Source: Lingula anatina (lineage: Eukaryota > Animalia > Brachiopoda). From it: a stretch of 64,000 nucleotides of DNA. Of this stretch, positions 61,681-64,000 are shown piece after piece. Position 1 is the stretch's first letter; each line of letters opens with the position of its first letter. A program made the translations under genes and the position numbers. The stretch covers positions 23,768,534-23,832,533 of the forward strand of contig CM120644.1 of NCBI GenBank assembly GCA_051362555.1, in the 5' to 3' direction. The notes below the pieces were generated by a model, which saw only the letters and a program-made list of their open reading frames with translations, did not search any database and was not told the DNA's origin.

Positions 61681-62257
61681 TTAATTATTATTCATGAAGT
61701 GATTTGAACCAAGCTTCATACTGTGGACGTAGCAGCCAAACTTGATCAACTATTTATATATACACACAAACAAAAGGGTTTAATATATTAAATTAATCAT
61801 ACAACTTGTCTTCATCTGAGAGAACTAAATCAACTCAAAATTATGCCATGGACTGAAACAGAAAAGAAAAATGATTATGGTTGACACTTCTGAAAACTGT
61901 GCTGACAGAAAAATTGTTAAAAAATGTCAAGTATTTGATATAGCTACTTGATGAAAAAACTGCATACTTATAGGCCTATGTACAATGTAATATAATAATG
62001 CAATCATTGCTTTATTGTTATGTAATTGGTTTTTGAATTAAAGTATGTAAATTTGCTAGTACAGATGTCTCTATAGCAAGTACAGATGCATTAATTAAGT
62101 TTATAAATCAAACAAAACGATAAAATACAACTTCTTTGTGTGGTCACAAGTTATGGTAATCACAAATCATGCAATATAGTAACACTCATTTGTGATAATG
62201 TGACAAGTACTCTTCTCTGTCTGAATGGACCCTTAGAGAAGATATGGCCCGACAGCT

Positions 62258-62485
62258 AAAGCCCCCTTTACACTGGGCAGCGTCCTCTCTGCGTCCCGCA
62301 GTACGACCCCGTTCGAGAGTAAAAAAAAATAATAATACTTTACGTGCCGACAACTGGCTGATCATTGAGCATTCATTTTGCAACGTAAGCGATGCTTGTG
62401 TGCTCCTGTCTACGACCACAGCGATGCCAGTTTCATGGTCGCACAAAGGACGCAGAGAGGACGCCGTCCAGTGTAAAGGGGGTTT
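62258..62485 (+). mobile_element. MITE, CCCCTTTACACTGG family
   Basis: ~38-bp imperfect TIRs; interior shared with the 23817 and 16150 copies. Confidence 0.85.
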
Positions 62486-62499
62486 AAGCAACGCAGCTT

Positions 62500-63330
62500 A
62501 CTATGGGATTCTTGCTGTCAGAGAAATGACCAGAATCGGACAGCCATTGCCAGGTAATTCAACGTTTATCAGGGAACCGTTAGTAAAGTCCTCCAAAGAA
62601 ATGCTACAACAGGCGCATCTACTCCAATACTTCGACCAGGATCGCCTTCTCCTTAGTAGAGAGTTGCAGAATGTCATTCAAACGTCCGTTTCAAGGTCTC
62701 TCGTGAAAAAGAGATTACTGCAAGCCGGTTATTTTGCACGAAGACCACTGTTAACAGCAGGTCTGTTTACAACGACGTCTGCAATGGGCTGGGGATCACG
62801 TGCGTTTGCAGCCCAACCACTGGAAACACGTCATATACCGATAACTGTGTACTGCCTAGGGCGCAAGCAGGGTGTGGTAGCGTCTCTGTTTGGGGAGTAG
62901 TTCATGTCGATGCGCAGAACCAGTTGGTTTTCCAGAAGGCAACCTCAATCAGGATTCCTACAGAGACATTCTACAGCAAACAATGCTTTCCTTTGTAAGA
63001 GCCATCTTCAGGAACTACTTTGTGTACCAAGACGACTACACCCCCCACATAAAGCTCGCAAAATCACTGCTTTTCTTCAAAACCAAGGGGTTCAGCAACT
63101 GCCCTGGCCTGCAAACTCCCCATATATGAACCCAACGGAAACATGTGGGCGGAAGTAACTGGCAGAATTAATAGCTATGGTCATCAACCAGTGAATCGTG
63201 ATGAACTACGACAGGCGAATATCAGTGCGTGGAATGATATCCCCATCCAAACTCCGAGAAACTTGTCAAAGGGTATGCCATTTAGGATGGTGGCACTGCG
63301 AGCGGCTGTTCGAGGTCATATCCGCTGTTG
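62500..63330 (+). pseudogene. Degenerate Tc1-like transposase
   Basis: Fragments across frames: VKKRLLQAGYFARRP, GNLNQDSYRDIL, FVYQDD, LPWPANSPYMNP.E, AWNDIP. Confidence 0.8.
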
Positions 63331-64000
63331 ATTGCTTTTCATAATTTATTGTAATTATTTATTTGACTGTGGAACATATCACTGTCCGGAGGCTATCATT
63401 TTTTTAAAACCTTAGCTTAAATTTAACGATGTGATCATATTGTTGATATGGTTTTCTGGGGAGGTTATTTTCGTTTGAATGGCATCTTACGTCAGATGTG
63501 ACATTATTGACCAAAATATCTCACAATAGTAGACTGAATATTTTTAATCACTCAATGACATTTTTTTTTATTAATAAAGTCAAAAAATCTGCACTGACAA
63601 ATATCAATTATAAAAATATTCTATATTAAGTATTAACTCTGTTATATATTTAGAAGCCACATTCAGCCCATGTCTGGGCAGTATCTGGCAAAATGGGTCA
63701 AAACTGCCATCTAATGCCAGCCTTGGCCCAGATCCGTTTCTGTCAGCATCTTGACCAGATTTTGCCAGAATTTGCCGGATGTCCGAGTTCGTCTGGGGGT
63801 GTACATCCGTTTTTTAGAAACATCTATAAATTTTAAGCTTCAGAATTGGAGACCATAACAGAGTCAGCCAAAGGCACGTTTCGGTGCCACATTTGTTCAC
63901 TTGAACACTTAAAGAATCCCGGACTGATGTTAACAATTAATGATGGCCTTTCACAGACGCAGGACCACAATACATTTTAATGTTTTAAAAGGTTTTTAAA

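Noticed and set aside
62244-62900. 218-aa ORF as a novel gene
   Set aside because: Chance read-through from a MITE into Tc1 transposase remnants.

Overview
Eukaryotic (animal) genomic DNA: AT-rich, with spliceosomal introns and dense transposon relics. Marine invertebrate, plausibly a mollusc (inference only). Splice sites were read by hand and give five intron-containing genes for secreted proteins. Three tandem paralogs (A 467-6583, B 22332-33206, C 40249-42843) share a signal peptide + 10-Cys PAN/Apple-like exon and a Thr-rich mucin-stalk exon. They end in different modules joined through the same phase-1 intron: a uromodulin/GP2/OIT3-type D8C domain in A and B, and a chitin-binding type-2 (CBM14)-like domain in C. 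Next to them is a head-to-head pair of small paralogous Tyr/Gly-rich secreted proteins (D 46566-48064 minus, E 53339-55225 plus) with a shared 4-Cys N-terminal motif and an atypical CBM14-like domain. A and B lie in a tandem segmental duplication (~21.9 kb offset), so each copy shows the empty site for several insertions in the other. Mobile elements include a full-length CR1/L2-group LINE (9-bp TSD, 2A-like peptide before the endonuclease), a second 5'-truncated LINE, Tc1/mariner and PIF/Harbinger relics, and many MITEs. Most short ORFs in the supplied track are spurious.
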